Assembly (NCBI GenBank): GCA_963836185.1
Contig: CAWIIQ010000003.1
Coordinates: 256,001-320,000 of the forward strand
DNA: 64,000 nt
Direction: 5' to 3'
DNA from: Candidatus Krumholzibacteriia bacterium
Lineage (GTDB): Bacteria; Krumholzibacteriota; Krumholzibacteriia; Krumholzibacteriales; Krumholzibacteriaceae
The position numbers were made by a program, and so were the translations under genes. This document shows, one piece after another, positions 42,800-54,296 of the stretch (within the stretch, counting starts at the first letter, position 1; the number at the start of each line of letters is the position of its first letter). The notes below the pieces were generated by a model. The model was given only the letters and a program-made list of their open reading frames with translations, was not told the DNA's origin and ran no database searches.

Positions 42800-44227
42800 C
42801 TATCTCAGAAGCACCATCCTCTTTGAAGCCATTCCAGTCTCCGTCTTTAGGACGTAGAGGTAGACCCCGGTGGCGGCCGTGGTGCCGTTATTCGTCTTTC
42901 CGTTCCACGTGACCTCGTGGGCCCCTTCACCGAGATGTCCACTGAAGAGGTCCGCTACGAGCCTTCCGGAAACATCGTAGACGCGCAGGTCCACCGTTCC
43001 GGCCTTATCGAGCTCGAAGTCGATACGTGTCGTCGGGTTGAACGGGTTCGGAACGTTCTGGTGAAGGGTAAAGCCCTGCGTTCCCGGCATCGGATCTGCG
43101 TCGGTTGCGGTATCGACCTTATAGAGCGAAACATCGTCCACGAATGCCGCTCCATCTGCCTAGTGTGGGCTGCATGAACAGGATGTAGGATCTTACGTAA
43201 GCCGTGTTCGTCGGCGCGACGCCGGTCAGATCGTAGTGCGCCCAGGTCCCCATCGGAGAAGAGGCGTCAAGGACCGTTGAGGCGACTTCGTCGATCACGA
43301 GAGTGTCGCTGTCGTAGAATATGAGCTTCGCCTGGATGTAGTTGTCGTTCGCTCCCTCGATCGGATTCTCCCGGCAGGTAGTCAGGGTGTTGATCCCGAA
43401 GATCCAGATATCGCTTTCGCTTGCAGGAAACATCTGGTACATCCCCGAAGCCGAGCCTTCCACGTAGGTCCCGAAGAGTTTGGCGCATCCGGTCGGCGTG
43501 CGGATCGCCCAGGAACGGGTTTCGTAATATGCGTTGCCGAAATACTCCCAGCCGAGAAGATCGGTGTCGAAGCTGGGATTAGCAAGAACGTTGGTTGCAA
43601 CTTCCGGCGTCTGCTCGAACAGGTAGAGGTCATCGATGTAGACAGATCCCGTATCGCAGGCCGGCTGCAGGAAGAGGATCAGCGCCTCTCCACGTAGCGC
43701 CCCGGGCGGCGCGATGGCCGACACGGAGAATCCGTTCCACTCATCAAGAGGTGTAGTGGAGTAGTCGCCGATCACTATTTCGTTCCCCGAGATCTCGGAT
43801 CCCCCGACTGCGGCGTTGAAGAATACTACCTTCATAACGCAGCGGTTGAAGTCGCAGTTGTTCGTTCCGGGGATCGCGTCCTCGCTCGATACGAACGAGT
43901 ATCCGCCGAACTCGTAGATCTGCCCTGCGACAGGTGCGTGAATGTCTGCCCGTATCCGCCGACGTCGAATGCCGAACCGCCTATATCGCACAGCGAGAAT
44001 TCGCCGTAGATCTTCGAAGCGGCGTCGCCCGTCCGCATGATGTTGTCGTCCGCGGCCGTGGAGATGTTCGGACCGCTTCCGAACGTGAACCAGCCGTCGT
44101 ACGACCCGCTGAGATCCTCGAAGCCCGGGTTGGCCAGCATGTTCTGGGCGAGAGACTGCGAGCCGATGGCCGAAATGGCCAGAAGTCCCGCGACCAGAAG
44201 TACCGTGATCATTGTTCGCCTCATCAT
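42800..44227 (-). CDS. Secreted protein with two CBM-like (galactose-binding jelly-roll) domains and CTD; frameshifts near 43940 and 43150
   Basis: Signal peptide; two NxLANPxFE/D...YIDD/FVDD modules; QNVPNPFNPTTRI...TGVYLY...KRMVLLR. Confidence 0.72.
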
Positions 44228-44290
44228 CTGCCTCCTCTTGTGATGAGATTGTTGTTTCGAACGATTTGCGGAATGTCCGCCATTTTCATC

Positions 44291-45886
44291 CTATCTGAGA
44301 AGAACCATCTTCCTTGTTTCTGCGAAATCTCCTGAACGGAGACGATAGAAGTATACGCCGGAAGAGACCGGCCTGCTGCTGTCGTCGAGACCGTTCCATG
44401 CGATCTCATGTGCACCGGTCGGGACGAAACCACTGGCAAGCACACGGACCCTTCTCCCCGCTACATCAAAAACAGTCAGTTCTGTATGGCCCCCCTTCTC
44501 AAGCGAGTATCTTATCGTCGTATTTGGATTAAACGGATTCGGGAAGGCTGACGACAGGCTGTAGGCCGGGGTCGCAGGCGGCTGCGTGTCTGTCGTGACG
44601 CCCTCGGGATAAAAGGCGAACCTGTCGATCACCACTTCCTGGTCGGAAGAAACCGGATCGGCCAGTTTCCAGAGGTTGATATGGACCCTTGGCTGCTCGG
44701 GCCTCGGGATATGCGGCCCGTAATATGTCCATTCGTGTATCATGTTCTGAGGCGATTCGTCGTGCGGCCCTCCGCGCCAGGCCCTGAACTCGACCCGGTC
44801 GCTGAGCCACCTGAACGCGTGGCTCACAAGCTCGCCCTCGGAAAATGTGTAGTCGAACCTGTCGATGTTCCCCTCATAGTCCCAGGGCTGCGCGACGAAC
44901 TGTCCGACACTGTTGCCGGGATCGCCCCACTTGCTGTACTCGATGTCGATCTCGTTGTAGGCGCCCCACCACCAGTATTCTTCGCTCCAGCACGATCCGT
45001 ATTCCCAGAGAAACATGCCGAGCACGATGTTGTGGTGGAGCTCGTCGAGCCTGCCGACTGTGGTGAAGATGTAGTCCCCGTATCCGAGCGCCTCCTCCGG
45101 GACGACCTCGGAACAGTACCAGGTGCCGCCGACGTCTCTTGCCGTGACATGGAGCCGCTCCTCGGCGTCGATCCAGACGGATGAGGGAGAGTCACTGAAA
45201 TAGTTATAGCCCGGGCCGTACCATCCCGGCCCCTTGACCCGCCAGGTCCTGCCGCTGAACTCGATCGTCCTTCCGCCGGGGAAGTCGTTCCACTGCTTGT
45301 CGTACTGCGAAGGAGGGCCGACGTTATAGAAGGTCGCCTGGTCGTAGTATACATCGGGGGGAGGATCGGTCGGGCTCTGCAGCACGCCCAGCATGAAATG
45401 CGTCCCGGCCGTTCCCGACGGGGCCGGCCCGCTCGTCACCGAGATCTTCTGAACCTCGCCGCGCACAGTGGAGGGAAGAATGATCTCGTGGGATTCGTAG
45501 CTTATGAGGTTATGCCACTCGTCGCGCCACTCGATGTTGAGGATCCCCCTGCTGCCGCCGGTGACCGGGTTCGTCGATGTGTGCCACGCGTCTACCGTTG
45601 CCGTCCACTGCTCGCCGGGAGCCGTATCGAACCTCTGCCAGTATGCCGATACGTCCCAGCCGCCGATGTCTGCCCCGCTGACCACCGCCGAATAGTATCC
45701 GTGGGTGGCGCTGGAGGATATCCCTGTCGAGCCGAACTGGAACCAGCCGGCAAAGTTATATGCTCCGGAGTCCTCGAACTCGAAACTGGGATTGGTCAGG
45801 ATGCACTGGGCCGATGAGTCCCGCGGTACGGAGGCTCCGAACAGAACAATACATAGAAGCAGGCAGATTCCCCGTTGATGCGACAA
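44291..45886 (-). CDS. CBM-like + GH16 (EIDIE type) + CTD glucanase
   Basis: AGGAG then TTG at 45886; LTNPSFE module; FSGRTWRVK...NEIDIEYS; AFPNPFNPNTTI...SSGVYFY...RKMVLLR. Confidence 0.8.
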   Translation of the reverse strand: MSHQRGICLLLCIVLFGASVPRDSSAQCILTNPSFEFEDSGAYNFAGWFQFGSTGISSSATHGYYSAVVSGADIGGWDVSAYWQRFDTAPGEQWTATVDAWHTSTNPVTGGSRGILNIEWRDEWHNLISYESHEIILPSTVRGEVQKISVTSGPAPSGTAGTHFMLGVLQSPTDPPPDVYYDQATFYNVGPPSQYDKQWNDFPGGRTIEFSGRTWRVKGPGWYGPGYNYFSDSPSSVWIDAEERLHVTARDVGGTWYCSEVVPEEALGYGDYIFTTVGRLDELHHNIVLGMFLWEYGSCWSEEYWWWGAYNEIDIEYSKWGDPGNSVGQFVAQPWDYEGNIDRFDYTFSEGELVSHAFRWLSDRVEFRAWRGGPHDESPQNMIHEWTYYGPHIPRPEQPRVHINLWKLADPVSSDQEVVIDRFAFYPEGVTTDTQPPATPAYSLSSAFPNPFNPNTTIRYSLEKGGHTELTVFDVAGRRVRVLASGFVPTGAHEIAWNGLDDSSRPVSSGVYFYRLRSGDFAETRKMVLLR

Positions 45887-46234
45887 TTTCGCTCCTGTCA
45901 CTTCTGAACGGCTTGATGGTGCTTGCGCCGGCTCGGGCAGGCGGGCGCAAGCCCGAAGTGCCGGACTGACTGATAGCATAATACCATAAATCCGGGTGCA
46001 AGACAATGGACTTGATTGTAATCATTATCAGTTAATCACGCTTGACAGGTACAGGAGCTTCTGTCATTTTTCTTCCAGTAGCATATTGTCCGCTCGTACT
46101 TTCCGTGCCGCATTGCGGCCTGCATGTATAATGATGGCGCGATAAATCAGCGACTGATTATTTTCAAATGGATTATTAACTATACTCTGCAGTGGTCGAA
46201 GACACCGGTAGACATCCTTGAAAAGGAGAATTCC

Positions 46235-49200
46235 TTGAACGCACTGGTCAGAAGCAAAACGATAGTCAATCCTGGTACTGTCGGCGGCGGTCATCATCGC
46301 CGCCAATACTCCCGCATCCGCCCAGGTCGAACCTGAAGTGGTAGCCGTCAACAGCCCGGACGGCTCGAGACTCCTGGTCGACGGCCGGGACTTCATGATC
46401 TTCGGGATGAACTGGGGGTATATCCCGATCGGGGAGAACTATCTCTACAGCCTCTGGGCCCAGCCCGAGGACTTTATCCGGGAGGTCCTCGACCGGGACA
46501 TGCCGATGCTGAGGGACATGGGCGTAAACGTCATCCGCCAGTATGTGGGGATCCCGCCGAAGTGGGTAGAGTACATCTACAAAAACTACGGCATCTACAC
46601 AGTCGTGAACCACGCTATGGGCCGATACGGATTCACGATAGACGGCGTCTGGCACCCTTCGGTCGACTATTCCGACCCGAAGATGCGCAAGGCTATCACC
46701 GACGAGATCGTCGCGATGGTGGAGGGCTTCAAGGATACGCCGGGGATGCTCTTCTGGCTCCTCGGAAACGAGAACAACTACGGCCTTCACTGGTCCTCGT
46801 CCGAAGTCGAGGCACTTCCCGAGGGTCAGCGCGACGAGGCGAGGGCCCGCTACCTGTACACCCTGTACAGTGATGTCACCGACGCCGTAAAGGCGGCCGA
46901 TCCGCACCACCTCGTGGCTATCGCCAACGGCGACCTTCAGTACATCGACATAATCGCCGAGGAGTGCAGGAACCTCGACATCTTCGGCACGAACGTCTAC
47001 AGGGGGATCTCGGCACGCGATCTCTACAGCGAGGTAAAGAAGAAGCTCGGGATCCCGGTGATGTTCACAGAGTTCGGCGCCGACGCGTGGGATGCGAAGA
47101 ACCAGCGCGAGGACCAGCTTACGCAGGCGAAGTTCCTTATCGGACAGTGGGAGGAGATATACGAGCAGTCGTACGGCAAGGGCCGTGAGGGCAACGCTAC
47201 CGGAGGTATGATTTTCCAGTGGACCGACGGCTGGTGGAAGTTCGGGCAGGAAAGCCGCCTCGACTTCCACGACACGAACGCATCCTGGCCGAACGCCGGC
47301 TACCCCGATTTCGTCGAGGGACAGAACAACATGAACGAGGAGTGGTGGGGCATCGCCGCCAAGGGCTACCCCGACCAGAGGGGCCTTTTCGAGACGTATC
47401 CGAGGGCAGCGTACTACGCCCTGATGAAGGCCTTCACACTCGACCCGTTCGCGCCTGACACAGACCTGAAGGCTATCCGGGAGCATTTCGGAGCGATATC
47501 GCCGATCACCTTCATGATCGAGGCGAGGGCCGACCATAACGCGATGGTCGTCGAGAAGGTCGAGAAGATCAGGGTCTCGAACATGAGGATGGAGTTCGAG
47601 ACGTACAGCACCGGCGGAACGAACATAAGCACTCCCAAAGTCGGAGGAGCCTCAGCCCACGCTTCCCTCCTACCTGGGATTCGATCATCAGCAGTCTTTC
47701 TACACCGATTTCGAGGTGAAGCCGGCGCAGAACTTCACCGGCACACTCTCGCTCAACATCCTCGGCAACGTCGCGGGTCAACCCGGTAGACGAGATCTTC
47801 TACGAGAACCGCGGCAGGCGTCAGACAATCACTGATATCCGAGGGACGATACCGATCCGCCTCGACGGCATCGAGCGCGTCAAGGTCTACGGGGCCTCGG
47901 TGACCTGGGACGAGCCCTGGTTCCGCCTCGACGGGTACTACCGCGTCGGTCATACCCACTGGGGATACGAGGGAGATCTCTTCGGGATATACAGGGACGC
48001 CTTCTACGGCGAGAACCTGAACATCTACAACGCGCGACGCTCCGATCGGCGTCGAGATGACGCTGAAAAAGCAGCTCGATGGGCTCAAGATCGCCTTCGG
48101 CCCGCAGATGTGGTGGGGAGCAAACCCCGGCGATCATCTTCAAGTACTCGAGAAATGTCGGCAGAACGACCATCACGGGCCTGTTCCAGGAGGAATTCGC
48201 GAGGCAGGCTGATATAACGACCTCTTTCGTGGTCCCGCTGGCGCCAACACGCAGGGCCACTCTCGGCGTCAAGTCCAGCTGGCGAGGGCTCGGTTTCGAG
48301 GTCGGCGGTATCTGGTCAGGCTCGACCAAAGAAGACGAGTGGTTCCAGGTCGTACGTGAAGAAGGAGGCGCCGTCCAGATCTACGACGACCAGGTCAAGG
48401 CGAGCGATGCCCTTGGCGCAAAAGCAAGACTCACCTTCCAGCGCGGGAGGTGGAACTGGTACGCCGAGGGTGCCGTCCAGGGCCTCGTGGCGGATGGAGG
48501 GCCGGTCGCGATCCAGAACTTCACAGGCTGGAAGCTGAAGAACACAGGCTGGTACAACAACCAGGTCGTCGTATCGGGCCTGGCAGTGAACTTCGGCAAT
48601 TTCCAGCTCGGCCCGAACTTTCTCTGGCAGAAGCCGATAGAGGGACCGATACCGGGAGACGTGCCGCCCCCCGGGCGCCCGAGAAACGTCGTAGACGATC
48701 CCTTCGCTGTCCGCTACCAGAGGGAGATGACGGCAGGCGAGATCATTCTGACACACGATCCGACGCCGGCGACATGGATGTGGGCGTGGGACAATGACAT
48801 CCGTGAGGACGCCAGGCTGGCGTGGGCCCTCGGTTACGTCTACAGGCACATGCCGACGACGATGGATGCCTCGATAGGCGTCCTGGAGGATGGATACACA
48901 TTCTTCGCCTTCCCCGGCGCGACTCCTGCCCGAAACCTGTGGGAGGTATGGGGACGCACCGCGTCGAGGCTGTCTGCGAAGACCCGCCTCGATCACCCAC
49001 GTTCTTGTCGGAACTGCCGAGCCGCGCGGCGACGACCCGAGGCTCGTCGAGCGGTTCAGCGTCGATGCCAGGCTCACATCGGGCCCGTGGGCATTCGGGA
49101 CATTCGTGAAGGTCAACGACTTCGGCCCTTATGACTATCACCACGACTTCAACCAGACCTATCCGCTGCACCTGATGGGAGACCTCTCGTTCGCGCTCGG

Positions 49201-49384
49201 TGCGCCGAGATGGTTCGGATTCCCGCAGACGCGCATCGGGGTCAGGGGGCTGTGGAGGTCGCTCGACGAGTACTCGAACAGGTACTGTCCGGGGTATGAC
49301 GGATTCGGGGCGTGTGATCCCACGCTGCCGGGTGACGACGGAACGGAGTGGGAGATCCGGACCTACATGCACATCTCTCTGTAG
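46235..49384 (+). CDS. Clan GH-A TIM-barrel glucanase (GH158/GH2-like) fused to a predicted outer-membrane beta-barrel; about 7 frameshifts
   Basis: AAGGAG then TTG at 46235; signal peptide; LGNENNY (acid/base), FTEFGAD (nucleophile) and FQWTDGWWK; followed by ~600 aa of amphipathic strands ending EWEIRTYMHISL. Confidence 0.7.
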
Positions 49385-49413
49385 GGCGATGGAGCCGCGG
49401 ATCCTGAGAGCCG

Positions 49414-51212
49414 TTACCTGACCAGTACCATCGTCCTGGTCGCCGAACCTGCGCCGGATCTCGAGCCGGTAGTAGTAGACCCCGGAGCCGACACCGGTCC
49501 CGTGGTCGTTGCGGCCGTTCCAGTGCAGCGTGTTTATCCCTGCCGCCCCGATCCCGCTGAACCCGGTGACCCGGCGTCCGGCTACATCGTAGATCGTGAG
49601 GGTATAGGTCCCCGCCGCGGGCAGATCGAAACGGATCTCGGTCATCGCATTGAAGGGATTCGGGACGTTGGACAGGAGCTGGAGTCTCCGTCCGTCGGCG
49701 AGCCCGCCCTCTTCGACTCCGGTAGTGATACCGTCATCCCAGTAGATATCGTCCAGTGCGAATTCACAGGCCGCTCCGTGCTCTTCCAGAATGACGAAGG
49801 CATAGCTCAGCATCCGCAGATCGATGGCGAGCCCCCGTATGTCGATGACGGGGATCGAGGCCTGGCCCCATTCGCCGTCGCGAACCAGTCCGTAAGTCGT
49901 CGTATAGGCCGGAAACTCGACGTACTGCTGATTGCCCCATGCATCGATGATCCCGATCTTGAACGTGACGTATCGCGGGTATCTTGATCCGGAACTTCAG
50001 ATGCCCCTCGCCGAAGTCGAACAGGTTAAGCGGCTGCATCGACATGATGCCGGCGCCGAACCAGCCCAGGCCGGCCGTCTGCCACGACAGCACATTGTCG
50101 CCCTCGTACGGGGGGATGGATCCGTCGATGAGGGTCCCTTCCCACACGTAGATCTCCGATGAGACCTCGGCCTCAAGCTCGCCGTTGACAGGCGTCTCAT
50201 CAGTGTAGATACCGAACTTGCCGCTCTCGAATTCCGGCGGCCCGAGGTGGACCTCGCCCTGGCCGTTCCACTCGTAGACCCTGATGTAGTCGATGTACAT
50301 CTCCGCGGGAAAGGGCATCGAAACTGCGGCGCCGCTTCCGGGATCACCGAGATTGTAAGCATCGGTGAAGACCCCGCCGATGGCGAGGTTCGCGATGAGA
50401 TAGAAGGGTTTCGTGAATTCGTCCGAGACCTCGGTGATCTCCAGCGGGTATGCGTAAAGGTCGTATTCTACGCCGTCGTCGATGACGGTAAATCTCAGGC
50501 TGTCTTCGTCCCAGTATGTACGGTAGATCAGGAAGCGTTCGGTAAGGCCGGGGGAATAGTTGTAGTAAGGGCGGCAGTAGTCGTCATCCGGATCCCACGA
50601 GATGCTTGCCGCGCCGGTAGGATTCTCCGGTGAGACCGCGTCGTCGGAATAGAAGATCGCGTTGGCGCCCACAGCCTCATTTACAGTCGAGTTGTCCAGC
50701 CCGTTGCCGCCATTGTGCCCGTCGTGCAGGTTCCTGAATGACTGCGTTGCCCCCATCTCCATCAGGTCCATCTCACCGCAACGGGGCCACGCGTAATTGG
50801 CGTTGCCGAGGAGCCAGACCGCGGGCCAGCCGCCCAGGTCGATGTCGGGGATCCTCACCCTGGTCTCGATCATGCCGTACCTGATCGTGACAAACGACTT
50901 GGACATCACCCTGCCTGATGTGTAGTTCAGCGGATTTCCCCACTGGTCGACGATGCCAGGGCCGCTCTCCTGCCGGGCGGTGATGCGCAGGGCCATGTTT
51001 CCGGTCTCGCCGGGGATCTCGGCGATATCGACGTTGTTCTCTGCGTAGAACTCCAGCTCGCCGTTTCCCCAGCCCCAGCCCCCGTTACCGGTGAGCTTGA
51101 TCCAGTTGTCCAGGTTGTTGAAATCATCTTCCCAGACCAGGGTGCCGATCTGTGCGTGCGCCACATTCCCGGCCAGCAGTATTGCCACGATCAATACGAT
51201 GATCATTCTCAC
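49414..51212 (-). CDS. GH16 laminarinase-type + CBM-like domain + CTD; frameshifts near 49975 and 49455
   Basis: GWGNGELE, YTSGRV, WPAVW and GEMDLME; NVPNPFNAMTEI...GSGVYYY...TMVLVR. Confidence 0.85.
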
Positions 51213-51227
51213 GTGTTGTTCTCCTCT

Positions 51228-53131
51228 TTACCTGGCCAGAATCATCTTTTTAGTCTCTGAGTATCCGTCTGCGTCGAGCCTGTAAAAATAGACGCCGGCC
51301 GCGACGACCAGTCCCGCCTGATCGCGCCCTTTCCAGGCGATCTCGTGATGACCGGCGGGAGTCGATTCCGCGGAAACCAGCTTCTGCACAAGTTTGCCGG
51401 CCACATCATAGATGGCCAGGTTGACGGTCGCCGGAACCTGCAGGTCATAACTTATCGTCGTCACCGGATTGAAGGGGTTGGGATAACAGGGATGCAGTAT
51501 TACCCCGGGTGTCCGGGCGCCGGGCGTGGCGCCGGTCGACACCCACAGGACTTCAAAGTAATTGACGTTGAATCCCTCCGCGGTCGGCACAAATCTCATC
51601 GTCTGTGTGCCGGCGGTGAGTGTCGATGTCACCGAGACGGTCGTCCATGTCTGCCATCCGGTCGTGACAGGCACGATGACCTCGCCGGTCTCATCTATGC
51701 CGTTGAACTCCACATGGAATGTGCCTCCGGAGGAAAGTGAGGCTACGCGCTTGCTTCTATCACGTAATCTCCGTCTGGCGGGAACAGTCACGGTGTATTC
51801 GAGCCATTCGCTCTGGTTCAGCCACCCGACGTTGTATCCGCCGCCGGTGTCGGTACATTCCTCGATGTCGACATCATCGGAGCGGTACTGTGAGCCATTG
51901 TTGCCCGCGTCCGTATCGTGGTATGCGACGTTTTCTCCTCCGGCATCGTAATCTTCCGCTTCTATCCTTGCCGGAAAGACAAACGCGCTTCCGAGGAAGG
52001 GCGCCTGCCCGCAACCTGTCCCGACGGTGATATCGACAGAGGCCGTTTCGACTGCCGCCGAGGTCATCGATCGCTCTGGCGACTATCTCGTAACATCCGT
52101 CAGGGACGGAGGCCCAGGTGAAGGAGTACGGCGCCGTCGTGTCTTCTCCCAGATAGGCATAGCCATTATAAAACTCGACGGTCGCGATAGAGCCGTCCGT
52201 ATCGGAAGCGGTCGCGTCGATCGTGATGTCTCCCGCGGGAAGGGTGCTGCCTGAGACGGGCGATGTTATGGAAACAGTGGGTGCGGCGTTCGGTATATCT
52301 TCGTATACCCGTGACGTAGTCGACCAGGAACTGCTGTGGAAGCGTCGCAGTAATGCAGCCCGGGTTCGTGCAGCCGGTGTAGTTGCCGCCTATAGCGGCG
52401 TTTAATATGATGTAGAAATCCTGGTCGAAGGGGGCCTGCGGGTTGCCGGGCGCCGCGTCGGTATACCACTGCGCGCTGGTCCTTGTATAAAAGAGGACGC
52501 CATCGACATACCAGCGCATCTCGTCGGGCTCCCATTCGATGGCATAGATGTGGAAGTCATCGGCGAAACTCGCTCCGCCGAGAGAATATGATCCGCCCGA
52601 ATAAGTATTGCTCGGGATAAGCGCCGCCGTAATGGATCGTTCCGCCGACAGACGTCATCTCGTTCGCCGATTCCATGATATCGATCTCACCGCTCGCGGC
52701 CCATCCTCCATAGACGTCATCCTGGGGCATCATCCAGAACGCGGGCCACATTCCGCCTCCGACCGGCAATCTGGCCCTCATCTCGATCTTTCCGTAGAGG
52801 AAGGTGTGCTTGTTTCTCGTGGTGACCTTGCCCGATGTATAGCTGCGGCCTCCGTATGATTCCGCGAGGGTCGTGATGACGAGGTTCCCGCCTGAAACGG
52901 ACAGGTTCTCGGCCCGGTAATACTGGAGCTCGTTATTGCCCCACCCGCACAGGCTCGGGCACCCGTCGCCGATATCGGGGGTCCACCTGGTGAGGTCGAG
53001 GCTGGATCCGTTGAACTCGTCCGACCAGACGAGTGAAAAGGTGGCGCTGGCGGGAGTGATCAGACCCGGTGGTTATAATGATTCCAAATACCAGAAGGCC
53101 TGATTGATGCGGCAGTTGATGTCTTCGTCAT
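51228..53131 (-). CDS. GH16 laminarinase-type + Ig-like + CBM6-like + CTD; many frameshifts
   Basis: AGGAGG then ATG at 53131; LVWSDEF, GWGNNELQY, WPAFWM and GEIDIME; RIEAEDYD...GYNVGW...EWLEY...FNVNYF (CBM6-like); PNPFNPVTTI...KKMILAR. Confidence 0.8.
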
Positions 53132-53348
53132 TCAATGTCCTCCTGGACCTGCTGTACGATTGAGGATAGGGGGCGGCAGAACACAGCTTCGTTCTGCCAG
53201 GGCAGAAAAGCGCGTCGCTATTATTCTGTCTAACCTTATGTGGTATTTATAATAACATACCGGGCGGGAATCCGCAACGCCGGGAAGCGCTGCACCGGCA
53301 CGAAATCCGGGATCGCAGTCCGGCAGGAAAGCATTCATTTTTTTAAAC

Positions 53349-53378
53349 TTGTAATCATTACTAAAATCGTGTTATAAT
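53349..53378 (+). promoter_or_regulatory. Sigma70-like promoter (TTGTAA-N18-TATAAT, extended -10) in a divergent intergenic region
   Basis: TTGTAA 53349-53354, TG 53370-53371, TATAAT 53373-53378. Confidence 0.55.
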
Positions 53379-53485
53379 ACGTCCGGATGTGCACTTAATC
53401 AGTACTCTTAAACATCGGAAAGAGCATAGGACAGCCCTGAGGATCCACGAGCTTCCGATGATGCCCTCAAGCAAGGAGAATGGAT

Positions 53486-54185
53486 ATGAGGAAACTTGCT
53501 ATCGCTGCATTTCTCCCATTACTGCTCGTAGTCATGGGGATGGGGACTGCCCAGGCCCAGACCCACGTTACGGTCGATCCCGCCGAAATGATATTCGGGT
53601 ACATGAACGTGTATAATCTTCCTGCCCCCGATGGGGACGGATCATTCCAGTTCGACAGCGGATGGGGACTTGCCCGACCTGACAGCCGTTTTTGCAGGTG
53701 GCGAGGTTACCCTCGGCCCGAACTCGATCGGCGATATCAACGAGTACTGGTATCAGTGCGTCGGCGATTCAGTTCCGCCCAACTGCGGCGGCCCCGGGGC
53801 GCCCGGCAACAAGATCATGGAAGCCAACTGTTATGCGCAGGTGGATGGGGGTCTGGCGGGCCAGACAGTGGTCTTCAGCGGGATCGTACAGTCCACCGAC
53901 CTGACCGATGCGCACGTTGTCATCGCGTTCATCAAGGACTTTGCCCCTGACTTCTCATCGTTCGTTCAGGAATATGTAGTCCTTGATGCGGTCGGACCGT
54001 TCAGCATCAGCCTCGATACTGTCAACGATGGTGCGCGCCACGTGCAGTACGGATTCCAGATGACCGGCGTAAACGTATGGGTCACCGATGTCGAGCCGTT
54101 CGGATCGATCACGATCGGACCGTTCAACCCTGTCGGAACTGAAAACTCGACCTGGGGTGGCATAAAGTCGCTTCTGAGCGAGTAG
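53486..54185 (+). CDS. Secreted beta-rich hypothetical protein with C-terminal TWGxIK motif; frameshift near 53670
   Basis: AAGGAG RBS; signal peptide ending AQA; GYMNVY...GNKIMEAN...AFIKDF...VQYGF domain; ends VGTENSTWGGIKSLLSE. Confidence 0.75.
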
Positions 54186-54233
54186 GAACTTACATACCAC
54201 TGGATTTCCAGTGGGTAATATCGCACATCCAGA

Positions 54234-54268
54234 AATCGGCCCTCTCGCTTCGAGGGGGCCGATTCTTC
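54234..54268. terminator. Hairpin terminator between convergent genes
   Basis: AATCGGCCCTCTCG-CTT-CGAGGGGGCCGATT. Confidence 0.65.
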
Positions 54269-54296
54269 ATTGAATGACTGTTGAACTGGTCCCGGG

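Noticed and set aside
48743-49813. ORF extending the GH16 CTD about 220 aa into the convergent gene
   Set aside because: Frameshift near 49455; the correct frame ends TMVLVR-stop at 49414.
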